A stretch of DNA of 40,697 bases from Bulleidia sp. (GCA_963640785.1 CAVIBA010000003.1:1-40697); one strand, 5' to 3'; counted from the first letter of the stretch, positions 1 to 8,316 are shown. Notes: generated by a model from the sequence alone, not told the origin. Numbers and translations are program-made.

Positions 1-64
1 CAAGCGGTAAGGCACGGGACTTTGACTCCCGCATTCGTCGGTCCGAATCCGGCCATCCCAGCCA
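1..64 (+). tRNA. tRNA-Gln (anticodon UUG), 5' end cut by window edge, CCA encoded
   Basis: D-loop AAGCGGTAAGGCA. Anticodon stem CGGGA/TCCCG with loop CTTTGAC (TTG). T-arm GTCGG-TCCGAAT-CCGGC. Acceptor 3' strand, then G, then CCA ending at 64. Confidence 0.9.
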
Positions 65-67
65 AAA

Positions 68-98
68 CTCCCGCGCGGTGCGCGGGAGGTTTACTTTT
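68..98 (+). terminator. Rho-independent terminator after tRNA
   Basis: Stem CTCCCGCG (68-75) / CGCGGGAG (81-88), loop CGGTG, then GTTTACTTTT. Confidence 0.75.
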
Positions 99-142
99 CG
101 TTGCCTGATAACTGTCGGTTGACAAAATAAATCAACAATCGC

Positions 143-171
143 TTTACATAGTGTTTGTTATTTGATATAAT
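143..171 (+). promoter_or_regulatory. sigma-A type promoter for XRE regulator gene
   Basis: TTTACA (143-148), 17-nt spacer, TATAAT (166-171). Confidence 0.6.
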
Positions 172-212
172 AGGATTGGTTCCAAAATGCGTATGATTGA
201 GGAGGTGTGCAC

Positions 213-800
213 ATGTCAAATCTGAAAATAGGCAACAGGATTAAGACAAAAAGAAGAGAGTGTAATCTTACACAAGAAGAGCTTGCGAGTGTGCTTGGAG
301 TGACCAAAGCCGCAGTCAGCAAATGGGAAAATGAAGAAAGTTATCCCGACATCACGCTTTTGCCGCAGATAGCGCAGTTGTTTCACATGACTATGGATGA
401 TCTTTTTGACTTTGCTCCCCATGACAAACCGTTGATTGTCGTGAATGAATATCATTTCGGATTATCTCTTGAAACGGTGGACAAACTAATTTTGGATTAT
501 GGCATCGCGAAGGAATGCAGCGTTTATAAGGTCGGCGACACATGGGAGGTACGCTTTCATTTTGTATCTACGCGGAAAGACATTCCGCACATATTGCAAA
601 AATACATAAAACCGGGTGTGCTGATAGACGGTTATAGCGTAAGAATTGCGGATGGCAAAATTATCCCCGATAATAAACCGAATAAATGTTATATATGCAG
701 TGAAAAAATTTGGGAGTACAATATTATGGATAGGAAGTATCTTAAAGCGATGTTGGATGAGCAAGCCTCGATGGGACTCATAGACGAGGATGATTTTTGA
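213..800 (+). CDS. XRE-family HTH transcriptional regulator with uncharacterised C-terminal domain of about 130 aa
   Basis: The N-terminus IKTKRRECNLTQEELASVLGVTKAAVSKWENEESYPDITLLPQIAQLF is a typical HTH_3 fold. GAGGAGG lies 7 nt before the ATG at 213. The track ORF starts at GTG 207. Confidence 0.8.
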   Translation: MSNLKIGNRIKTKRRECNLTQEELASVLGVTKAAVSKWENEESYPDITLLPQIAQLFHMTMDDLFDFAPHDKPLIVVNEYHFGLSLETVDKLILDYGIAKECSVYKVGDTWEVRFHFVSTRKDIPHILQKYIKPGVLIDGYSVRIADGKIIPDNKPNKCYICSEKIWEYNIMDRKYLKAMLDEQASMGLIDEDDF

Positions 801-926
801 TTACACGGGCGGCATCTAAATTGACCTGTAGACACAAACCTCCTGCGCGCGAGCGTGGGAAGCTTATTTTTTCACTCTTCACTCTCCGGAGGGGACGCAA
901 AAATAACAAAGAGAAGGAGTATCGAC

Positions 927-1631
927 ATGCGCTATTCTTCGACTAATCGACTTCAGGATTTTGAGTTTCATGACGCTGAACTATCTCTTGTTTCTTGGGA
1001 AGAGAATCGGTTGATTGTTTCCGCCAAATTTTTGAACATTCATAAAAACGCCGTACCGAACAATGCAAATGCCGATATGGAAATATCCGAGGCTCGTATT
1101 TCCTTCAGCGGATTTCAGACAAAGGAATTTGAGCCGGGTCGCACTTGGAAAACGAACGAAAACGGGGAATCTTATGCGGCCACCCCTCTCATAATTCACA
1201 CGGGCGAGGCAGCCCGCAGCATGTTTGAAAATGAATTGAAAAATTCAATAACGATTATGAGTATGGATCCGGAAAATGGTATTTACGAACTTGGCGCAAT
1301 TGGAATTGAGCCTTATTTTTCTGTTCGTTTCGTCTTTTCTGATGTTGAAATAGAGTGGGATGATTATCGCAAAAAGGCGTGGTACGAGTTACACAGACAG
1401 TACAAAAAAACAATAACACTATTAGCTCCCGGCGGAAAATGTGAAGTTGAGGCGCATATTATCTGCCACGATGAAGACGTACTTTCCTTTGACGGCGACA
1501 AGGTGGAAGGACCTTCTGTCAGCGTAGGCGTCAAATACGTCGGGAAAGAATTTTGGGGATATGGTAAGGATTGTCCGGACGCCTTTGCGGATCTTCAGAA
1601 AAAGCTGCCCGGAAATGTTAGTTTCGCATAA
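927..1631 (+). CDS. hypothetical protein (234 aa), no recognisable family
   Basis: Open frame with AAGGAG 7 nt before the ATG at 927. AT-rich codon usage matches its neighbours. I recognise no motif. Confidence 0.6.
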   Translation: MRYSSTNRLQDFEFHDAELSLVSWEENRLIVSAKFLNIHKNAVPNNANADMEISEARISFSGFQTKEFEPGRTWKTNENGESYAATPLIIHTGEAARSMFENELKNSITIMSMDPENGIYELGAIGIEPYFSVRFVFSDVEIEWDDYRKKAWYELHRQYKKTITLLAPGGKCEVEAHIICHDEDVLSFDGDKVEGPSVSVGVKYVGKEFWGYGKDCPDAFADLQKKLPGNVSFA

Positions 1632-1684
1632 AACGGCCACCTTCGCTGTTTGGAATAATCACATAACTTCAAAGGAGAATAACC

Positions 1685-2113
1685 ATGCGCACCGATGTAA
1701 AAATCCGCTTCGGGACAGAAGCCGAAAAGCAGGCTTTATTAAGCGAATATCCGGCAATCAAAAACGTCATTCGGGACGGCGGATATTTCATTGTTGCCGT
1801 GATTGAAGATACAGTTGTAGGCTTTCTGTGGGCTTTCAGGCGGGAGATTCCGGCGCCGATTGAGCAAAGCGAAATTTTTGTTAATATAATTGAGGTCATA
1901 TACACAAACCTGCGCTGTCAGGGCATTGCCTCGGCCATGGTGAGAGAGATAATCAGGGTTGCTAAAGAAGAAAATGTATATCAGGTACGGGCTTTTTGCG
2001 ATATTTGGAATACCCCCTCTCACCGGCTGTGGCTGAAAAACAGGTTTTCCATCAGTCCTGTGAAAACGCCCGATGGCACTGTTACCGGCTCTTTTGTGAG
2101 CTATGTTTTGTAA
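1685..2113 (+). CDS. GNAT-family N-acetyltransferase
   Basis: Acetyl-CoA binding region RCQGIASAMVREIIRVAKEENVYQVRAF is typical of GNAT motif A. AAGGAG RBS is present. Confidence 0.75.
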   Translation: MRTDVKIRFGTEAEKQALLSEYPAIKNVIRDGGYFIVAVIEDTVVGFLWAFRREIPAPIEQSEIFVNIIEVIYTNLRCQGIASAMVREIIRVAKEENVYQVRAFCDIWNTPSHRLWLKNRFSISPVKTPDGTVTGSFVSYVL

Positions 2114-2199
2114 CTGGTTATCCTCTCATGTGGCGTGTAGATGAAGCCTTTGTCCCAAAGCTACGGTATGCACTAAAAATCATATAAGGAGATAAGGCA

Positions 2200-2760
2200 A
2201 TGAAAAGATTTGTCGCTTACCTTTTCACGATAATCTCGGTGGTCTACGTTCCCGCGCTTTTCGTGCTGGCGCTGATTCCGAGGTCGAGCGAGGGCGCGGC
2301 TTTGTATGCGCTGAATCTGCTCTTCTTTTTCATGTACTCGTTCCCGTTTTACTGCGTGACGCTCGAGGTCGGCGCGACGATAAACTTGGTGTCCGACTCG
2401 GCGCTCGGGCGCAGAAAGACCACCGCGGCGGAAAAAGTCCTGCACGCCCTGCGATGGACACTGTCGGCGGGGATATTGGTCACGCTGATTGACATATCGG
2501 CGTACATATACCCGGCGCTCGTCATGGCTGCGGTGTGGGTGGTGCTGGCGGTAATCTGCGCCGTCGTGTTCAGAAAAAGCCGCCCGCGCGACGGGGTGGT
2601 CCGGACAAAGAAGTTCTGGATACTTGCCGCCGCCGTTTTCCTCGCGCTGTGCTGCGCCCTGTTTGTACTGCGCGCGGCGCTGGACAGCAAAAACAGGCCG
2701 GATACTTTGACGGAGGTTATGATGGTGGGGGAAGTTTCGGGTTTTTGTTCCGTAGCATAA
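2200..2760 (+). CDS. multi-pass membrane protein, unknown function
   Basis: Five to six hydrophobic segments, AAGGAGATAAGG RBS, and GC rising to the window norm. Confidence 0.6.
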   Translation: MKRFVAYLFTIISVVYVPALFVLALIPRSSEGAALYALNLLFFFMYSFPFYCVTLEVGATINLVSDSALGRRKTTAAEKVLHALRWTLSAGILVTLIDISAYIYPALVMAAVWVVLAVICAVVFRKSRPRDGVVRTKKFWILAAAVFLALCCALFVLRAALDSKNRPDTLTEVMMVGEVSGFCSVA

Positions 2761-2830
2761 TGGGAGCAGTATAAATTTTCGCCCGACGCCCGAGCCTTCG
2801 CCGGTACACGTCCCACTTCAGGAGGTTTTT

Positions 2831-2980
2831 ATGTCAGATTGGTTTACTGTCGAGAAGATTGATTCCGAGACGTTTGCCATAAGCGAATATAAGCACTGGG
2901 AGCAGACGCACTGCTATCTTTTGTGTGGGAATAGCGGTGCAGGAACCTTTGATTTCGGCGGCTTTTCAATCAGAATCTGA
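2831..2980 (+). pseudogene. 49-codon remnant resembling the N-terminus of an MBL-fold metallo-hydrolase
   Basis: MSDWFTVEKIDSETFAISEYKHWEQTHCYLLCG matches, from memory, the start of clostridial MBL-fold hydrolases. It then diverges (NSGAGTFDFGGFSIRI) and stops before the HxHxDH motif. A GGAGG RBS is retained. Confidence 0.45.
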
Positions 2981-2986
2981 AAAGCC

Positions 2987-3015
2987 GTTACATTTCTGTG
3001 ACGGTATGATATAAT
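2987..3015 (+). promoter_or_regulatory. promoter for small-membrane-protein/SBP operon
   Basis: GTTACA (2987-2992), 17-nt spacer, extended -10 TGaTATAAT (3007-3015). Confidence 0.6.
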
Positions 3016-3060
3016 AGTTGCAGCAAGGTGTGCAACGCCGAATTCTGTTTAGGAGGTACT

Positions 3061-3327
3061 ATGTATACGCGTTTTGAGTGGGTATCTTTTTTGTGGTTTG
3101 TCGTGTCTATGCTGCCGGTGCTGGCGGTGGTCGCGTTTTTTGCGACGGCGCTCGCGCTGTACCTGTCGGCGCGCAGTCGGAACAGGAGAGAACCCGGCAG
3201 CGTTTCGCCGAACCAGATGAATGCGCGTCTGGTTATGCTCATCGTGGCGTCGATTTTGTTTGGCGTCACGGTATTCATCGCGTTGGGAATTGTAATTCTC
3301 ATGTCGCTGGCCATTGCTTACATGTGA
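3061..3327 (+). CDS. small membrane protein (88 aa)
   Basis: AGGAGG RBS, ATG at 3061, two to three hydrophobic helices. Confidence 0.55.
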   Translation: MYTRFEWVSFLWFVVSMLPVLAVVAFFATALALYLSARSRNRREPGSVSPNQMNARLVMLIVASILFGVTVFIALGIVILMSLAIAYM

Positions 3328-3334
3328 GGTGCGG

Positions 3335-3475
3335 ATGAAAAGCAAGACCTTTTACGCAGTGCTTTTTTCGGTTCTCGGCGTATGTGTGGCGCTGACAGTG
3401 GCGCATTTTGCCTTTGCGGTCTACGCCTACAAGCATTGCTCGATTATTTACTTTGTCGGTCAGGAGCTGTGGTGA
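3335..3475 (+). CDS. tiny membrane peptide (46 aa), absent from the ORF track
   Basis: ATG 3335 lies after GAGGTG. It encodes MKSKTFYAVLFSVLGVCVALTVAHFAFAVYAYKHCSIIYFVGQELW. The TGA at 3473-3475 sits 1 nt before the next start. Confidence 0.45.
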   Translation: MKSKTFYAVLFSVLGVCVALTVAHFAFAVYAYKHCSIIYFVGQELW

Positions 3476-3476
3476 A

Positions 3477-4463
3477 ATGAAGCTCGGACGACAGATCACC
3501 GCCATTCTGGCGCTTGTTTTGACGTTTGCCGCGCTCAACCTCGGCATTTACGGCCTTGTGACGCGGCGGCTGTCCAACAATTTCAGCGGTGCGACGCAGG
3601 CCAAAATGATAGACGTCGGCAGCTACCTCCCGCACACCGAGGGGGCACGGCTGCCGCGTATAGACTCGTCTCTGCACCTCACGGGGGAGCTGCCGGTGCT
3701 CGACGGCGCTGCGGCGCTGGTGCCGGTTTACGCCGCCGTGATACACAACGTTTATCCCGAGGGCTGCGTGACGTACGAGGGCGGCTCCTTTTCCGATGAC
3801 AACTTTTACGGCGAAAATTTCGCCGCTGACAGCGCCATGCAGTACAAAAACACCGTGCGCGGCTACCGCGCCGTAGTGGACGGCGAGACCGACATACTTT
3901 TCTGCGCAGCGCCGTCGGCGGAGCAGAAAAAGTATGCCGAGGAGCGCGGTGTCGAGCTGGTCTACGTGCCGATAGGGCTCGAGGCGTTTGTCTTTTTCGT
4001 CAACGAGAACAACCCCGTCGACAGTCTGACGGTGGAGCAGGTTCGTGGCATATACTCGGGAAAGCACAAAAACTGGGTCGAGGTCGGTGGGTCGAGGCGT
4101 GCGATAAACCCCGTCACGAGACTTGAGGGCAGCGGCAGTCAGACCATGTTTGAGGCCTTCATGGGCGAGAGCAGCATAGGTCGAAAGTCGCCGTTCGCCG
4201 TTTTCGGGGCGTCGATAGGCTTTTCATTCCGGTACTATATGGAGGGCATTGTCGGCAACAGCTCGGTCAAGATGCTGGCGCTGAACGGCGTATACCCGAG
4301 CGCCGAGAACATAAAAAGCCGCGCTTATCCCATCGTGGCGCAGTTCTACGCCATCTATCGCGCGGACAACCAAAACCCCAACCTCCCGGCGCTCATCGAC
4401 TGGCTGCTGTCGGACGAAGGGCAGGCGCTCATCGAGCAGTGCGGGTATGTGGGAATAAACTGA
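3477..4463 (+). CDS. membrane-anchored PstS-family (PBP-like 2) substrate-binding protein
   Basis: N-terminal TM anchor ITAILALVLTFAALNLGIYGLV. C-terminal LTVEQVRGIYSGKHKNWVEVGG ... RLEGSGSQTMFEAF is typical of the PstS/PBP_like_2 fold. No ABC permease or ATPase gene is adjacent. Confidence 0.65.
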   Translation: MKLGRQITAILALVLTFAALNLGIYGLVTRRLSNNFSGATQAKMIDVGSYLPHTEGARLPRIDSSLHLTGELPVLDGAAALVPVYAAVIHNVYPEGCVTYEGGSFSDDNFYGENFAADSAMQYKNTVRGYRAVVDGETDILFCAAPSAEQKKYAEERGVELVYVPIGLEAFVFFVNENNPVDSLTVEQVRGIYSGKHKNWVEVGGSRRAINPVTRLEGSGSQTMFEAFMGESSIGRKSPFAVFGASIGFSFRYYMEGIVGNSSVKMLALNGVYPSAENIKSRAYPIVAQFYAIYRADNQNPNLPALIDWLLSDEGQALIEQCGYVGIN

Positions 4464-4492
4464 TTTGAACATGTAATACCAAGAAGCAATAC

Positions 4493-4528
4493 AAAAAAGG
4501 CGGCGGAAGTTCTTCCGCCGCCTTTTTT
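4493..4528. terminator. bidirectional Rho-independent terminator
   Basis: A6-GGCGGCGGAA-GTTC-TTCCGCCGCC-T6, between convergent genes. Confidence 0.85.
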
Positions 4529-4609
4529 GGCGGTGAGGTTGTGCATGGTGGGACAGCGTCCGGAGAAAAATCCCCCGTCACGGTGTGCGGCGGGGGGATA
4601 GCGGGATTA

Positions 4610-5977
4610 TCAGTCCTTCTTTTTCTTTGCGACGACAACTGCCGCGGGGATCACGCAGGCCATGAGTCCCAGTGCAACGACGGAACCGCAGCCGCCCTTG
4701 TTATCGATGGGCTTTTCGGTTGTGGTGCCCTGCGTGGGAGCGGGCGTTGTGGTATCCTTAGCGGGGGTGGGAGTTGTCTCGGAGGGCTTCTCGGTGGTCG
4801 TGTTCTCGGGAGTGGTTGTGGGATTGTCGGGCGTGGGAGCCGGAGTTGTGGTGTCGGAGGTGGTAGTTTCGAGCGCGGCGGCGTAAGCGGCCTTGCGGTC
4901 GGAGATTATCTTTTTGCCGGCGTCAGACAGGGGAGTGACGACGATGCTGTCGTAGTCGGCAGCGCCCGAGCCCTGATCTGCAACGTACATCACGTCGTTC
5001 ACTACGGTTATGTAAACGTAGGAATTGGCGCCGTCGTGGCAGGCGAGGGTGGCGACCTGGTTCATTGTCACCTTATCGATAACGTTGATGCAGGTGGGGC
5101 CGGACTGGGTGGAGACGAAAACGAAGTCCTCCCAGATTGCAACTGCGTAGCCCTTGGCGCAATTGGCCGAGTTGAGCATGGTCTTGCCGTCTTCGGACAG
5201 AACATAGAGACCGGACTCGCCGTTGTTCAGCGTTGCGCCGATGTAGATGGTACCGTCAACGTCGACATCGAGGTACTGGCCCTCCTTGAAGTTGTGGACG
5301 GCGTTGAGGTCAACGTAGCCGTTGGTGCCGAAGGTGGTGTCGAGCGTGGGGTTCTTGACGTCGGTTACGTCAAAGCGATAGAGACGGTCCATGTCGTAGT
5401 TGACGACGAGGTACATATAGTACTTGCCGTCGAGCTTGAGGATGTCAACGCCGTTGACACCCATCTTGGTACCCTTCGTGTCGCCGGGGGTGCCCTCGGT
5501 GACGGCGTTGTAGAAGCCCTCCTCGGTCAGCTCACCCTTTTCGTTGTAGGTGAGGATGGCGTAGTTGACTGCGCCGTAGTTCTGGTAGTAAGCCTCGCCG
5601 ACGTAGACGTGGTTGCGGTCGTCAACGGCGATGCCCTTGGGGTAGCCGCGGCCGCCCTCGGTCTGCTCGTGAACGTAGCTGCCGCCGGGAAGTGCGGTTT
5701 CAAGGTCGATAATGTTGAGAGCAGCGGCGCTGTTGGGGTTAAGGAAACCGCCGAAAGCGAAGCGACCGTCGGGTGACACGGCAAAGCCGCGCATGCAGTA
5801 CTGCCCCTGGTCAAGCAGCTCATCCGAGGTCTCGACATAACTGTTCATTATGTTAACGAGGGACTCGAGCTTGACGTTGTTCCAGTCCACCGTCAGCGCA
5901 GAGGCGGGAAGGCACAGACAGGAAACCATCATGGCGGCGACAAACACCGCGCAGAGAACGCGAGTAAGTTTTTTCAT
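4610..5977 (-). CDS. secreted beta-propeller-like surface protein with Thr/Pro-rich stalk and C-terminal TM/basic anchor
   Basis: Signal peptide MKKLTRVLCAVFVAAMMVSCLCLPASA. Repeated strand-like blocks (GIAVDDRNHVYVG, YLDVDVDGTIYIG, VYITVVNDVMYVAD). A T/P-rich linker of about 57 aa. Tail is GGCGSVVALGLMACVIPAAVVVAKKKKD. Confidence 0.75.
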   Translation of the reverse strand: MKKLTRVLCAVFVAAMMVSCLCLPASALTVDWNNVKLESLVNIMNSYVETSDELLDQGQYCMRGFAVSPDGRFAFGGFLNPNSAAALNIIDLETALPGGSYVHEQTEGGRGYPKGIAVDDRNHVYVGEAYYQNYGAVNYAILTYNEKGELTEEGFYNAVTEGTPGDTKGTKMGVNGVDILKLDGKYYMYLVVNYDMDRLYRFDVTDVKNPTLDTTFGTNGYVDLNAVHNFKEGQYLDVDVDGTIYIGATLNNGESGLYVLSEDGKTMLNSANCAKGYAVAIWEDFVFVSTQSGPTCINVIDKVTMNQVATLACHDGANSYVYITVVNDVMYVADQGSGAADYDSIVVTPLSDAGKKIISDRKAAYAAALETTTSDTTTPAPTPDNPTTTPENTTTEKPSETTPTPAKDTTTPAPTQGTTTEKPIDNKGGCGSVVALGLMACVIPAAVVVAKKKKD

Positions 5978-6012
5978 GAAACATACCTCTCTTATATTTG
6001 TTTTGCAGTTTA

Positions 6013-6041
6013 ATCATAACACATTTGTACCGCAATTTCAA
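6013..6041 (-). promoter_or_regulatory. promoter of surface protein gene
   Basis: On the minus strand: TTGAAA (6041-6036), 17-nt spacer, TGtTATGAT (-10 at 6018-6013). Confidence 0.55.
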
Positions 6042-6114
6042 GAGGAGGCCGTTATTTTTTACAATTTTAAGACAGATTTTTTGGTTTTTTGATAAAAAAT
6101 TGCATCGATACGCT

Positions 6115-6152
6115 AAAAACAGCGCCCACACGGCAGTGTGGCGCTGTTTTTT
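6115..6152. terminator. bidirectional terminator downstream of trkA
   Basis: A5-CAGCGCCCACAC-loop-GTGTGGCGCTG-T6. A second GC hairpin GCGTCTCC/GGAGACGC lies at about 6160-6180. Confidence 0.75.
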
Positions 6153-6188
6153 CGGCATGCGTCTCCGGTCGGGAGACGCACGGCGGCG

Positions 6189-6842
6189 TTATTTCAGCTG
6201 TGAGACTATCTTATCAATGTCGCTGTCGACGCCGATGACAGACACACGGTCGCCCTTTGAGAAGGGCTTGTCGGGCGATGGCGAGACGTCGACGCTGCCG
6301 TCGGCATAGCTGACGGCGATGATGTTGACCCTGTAGCGGCGGCGCAGCTGGAGCTCGACCAGATTCTTGCCTATCCAGCTCCCGGGAACGGACAGCTCGA
6401 CGATTTTGTAGTCGGCGAACTCAACAAAGTCGGTTATGTTGTTTTTGGTCAGCATGTAGCCCAGCTTCTCACCCATGTCCTGTTCGGGGAAGACTATCAT
6501 GTCGGCGCCGACGCGCTCGAGCACCTTGCGGTGTCCCTCGTTCATGGCGCGCGCGACCACCTTTTTGACGCCTAGCTCCTTGAGCATGATGGTCAGAAGA
6601 ATGTTGGCGTTTATGTTGTTGGCGAGGCAGACGATGGCGCAGTCGTAGTCGGTGATACCGGCGGAGCGCAGGACGTTTTCGTTCGTGGGGTCGCCGATGA
6701 CGGCGTTTGTGACGACATCGGCGAGGGCTGTTATCTTATCCGAATCGGTGTCGATTATCATGACCTGGCAGCCCGCCGCCGCCAGCGTCTCGGCCAGCGA
6801 CTGGCCGAACTTGCCGAGTCCTATAACGCAGAAGCTTTTCAT
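6189..6842 (-). CDS. trkA: TrkA/KtrA-family potassium uptake protein (RCK NAD-binding subunit)
   Basis: MKSFCVIGLGKFGQSLAETLAAAGCQVMIID Rossmann motif. 217 aa. Immediately downstream of trkH. Confidence 0.85.
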   Translation of the reverse strand: MKSFCVIGLGKFGQSLAETLAAAGCQVMIIDTDSDKITALADVVTNAVIGDPTNENVLRSAGITDYDCAIVCLANNINANILLTIMLKELGVKKVVARAMNEGHRKVLERVGADMIVFPEQDMGEKLGYMLTKNNITDFVEFADYKIVELSVPGSWIGKNLVELQLRRRYRVNIIAVSYADGSVDVSPSPDKPFSKGDRVSVIGVDSDIDKIVSQLK

Positions 6843-6883
6843 ATTCTATCCTTTCAATTTCTATCTTTTCAATTCAGTCGGTT

Positions 6884-8257
6884 TTAGCCGATAAGCATAT
6901 TGGCGTCGGGGTAGCTGATGACGGAGCGGCTGTCACGCTGGTTGAGCATGACGGCGTAGGTCACGGTGAGTATTCCGACGCGGCCGAGGTACATCATAAG
7001 CATAAGCAGCAGCTTTGAGCCGATGTCGAGCAGCGGCGTGATGCCAAGCGAGATGCCGACGGTGTCGGTCGCCGAGAACACCTCGTAGGCGGCGCTCATG
7101 ACGCCGCAGCCGGACAGCTCCGCAACCGCGAGCGTGCCCGTCAGCACTATGACGAGCTGCACCATGATAACGGACACGGCGCGTATAAAGCTGTCGTGCG
7201 AGATGGTGCGGTGGAAGAGCACGGCCTGCTTTTTACCGAGCGCGGCGCACCAGACGGTGTAGACCAGCACTCCTATCGTGCCGACCTTGACTCCGCCCGC
7301 CGTCGAGCCCGAGCAGCCGCCGATAAACATTAGCAGTATCGAGAGCAGCTGCGCGCCCTGCGTCATGCCGGACTGGTTTATGGTGCAGAAGCCGGCCGTG
7401 CGCAGCGTCACGGCCTGGAAGGACGCCGCCAGCAGCTTTTCACCGACCGGCATCGGGCCGAGCGTCGCGGGGTTGTGCCACTCCATGGAGGCGATGAGCG
7501 CCGTTCCGCCGAGCACGAGAATGCCGCTGATTATAAGTACGAACCGCGAGTAGACGGACAGCCGCTTTTTGCGTGTGACGGCGTTGGCAATGTCGTTCCA
7601 GACGATAAATCCGATGCCGCCGAGCAGTATCAGAAGCATGATTGTTATGTTGACGACGGGGTCTCCGACGAAGGCGGAGAGGGAGGAGAACTGTCCGCTG
7701 TAATGCCCCATGAGGTCAAATCCGGCGTTGCAGAAGGCCGAGATTGAGTGAAAAATGCTTTTGTAAATGCCGTCCGCCACGCCGAAGATGGGGATGAAGC
7801 GGGTGGCGAGCGCGGCAGCGCCCGCGAGCTCGATGGCAAGCGTGCCAACGCCGATGCGCTTGAGAAGGACGCTGATATTGTCGTAATTCTCAAGGTTGTA
7901 GGACATGGCCACCAGCATTCGCTCGCGCGGCGTGACCGCGCGCTTGATTATCAGCGACATTATGACGGCGAGGCTCATGAAGCCGAGTCCGCCGACCTGT
8001 ATCAGCGTGAGTATGACTATCTGGCCGAACAGGCTCCAGTGTGTCGCGGTGTCGAGCGTGACGAGCCCCGTGACGCAGGTGGCGCTGACAGCGGTGAAGG
8101 CGGCGTCCAGCGGCGGCGTGAAGGTGCGCGAGACGGATGAGATGGGGAGCATCAGAAGCAGCGCGCCGAGCAGTATTATCATGAGAAAGCCTACCGCGAT
8201 AACGCCGGTCGTGCGCCGCTTTGAGCTGCCGAACCTGAATTTGTGTTTTATTTTCAT
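6884..8257 (-). CDS. trkH: TrkH/KtrB-family potassium transporter membrane subunit
   Basis: 457-aa polytopic protein with repeated pore-loop-like GGxG/GGxSGSTAGG segments (GGLGF, GGIGF, GGCSGSTAGGVKV). Confidence 0.85.
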   Translation of the reverse strand: MKIKHKFRFGSSKRRTTGVIAVGFLMIILLGALLLMLPISSVSRTFTPPLDAAFTAVSATCVTGLVTLDTATHWSLFGQIVILTLIQVGGLGFMSLAVIMSLIIKRAVTPRERMLVAMSYNLENYDNISVLLKRIGVGTLAIELAGAAALATRFIPIFGVADGIYKSIFHSISAFCNAGFDLMGHYSGQFSSLSAFVGDPVVNITIMLLILLGGIGFIVWNDIANAVTRKKRLSVYSRFVLIISGILVLGGTALIASMEWHNPATLGPMPVGEKLLAASFQAVTLRTAGFCTINQSGMTQGAQLLSILLMFIGGCSGSTAGGVKVGTIGVLVYTVWCAALGKKQAVLFHRTISHDSFIRAVSVIMVQLVIVLTGTLAVAELSGCGVMSAAYEVFSATDTVGISLGITPLLDIGSKLLLMLMMYLGRVGILTVTYAVMLNQRDSRSVISYPDANMLIG

Positions 8258-8316
8258 GTTTGTTCCTTAAATAACTCAGAGTCAGGAAGCGTGAGTCGGG
8301 GTGTCCCCGCAGGGGT

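Noticed and set aside
855-926. Upstream extensions of track ORFs (855 for the 927 gene, 3028 for 3061, 3408 for 3477, 17990 for 18263, 25909 for 25945, 27239 for 27173, 36639 for 36579, 34817 for 34688)
   Set aside because: In each case an internal ATG is preceded by a good Shine-Dalgarno sequence at 6-10 nt and gives the family-typical N-terminus. The extensions overlap neighbouring genes or promoters.
1-2160. Integrated prophage or ICE at tRNA-Gln
   Set aside because: No integrase, recombinase or phage structural genes are present. I could not find a direct repeat of the tRNA 3' end in the window. I kept it only as a compositional islet finding.
4541-5776. 411-aa plus-strand ORF rich in G/V/A/D
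   Set aside because: It is an antisense shadow of the surface-protein gene (4610..5977, minus), which has a signal peptide, RBS, promoter and terminator. The shadow has low-complexity composition and no RBS.
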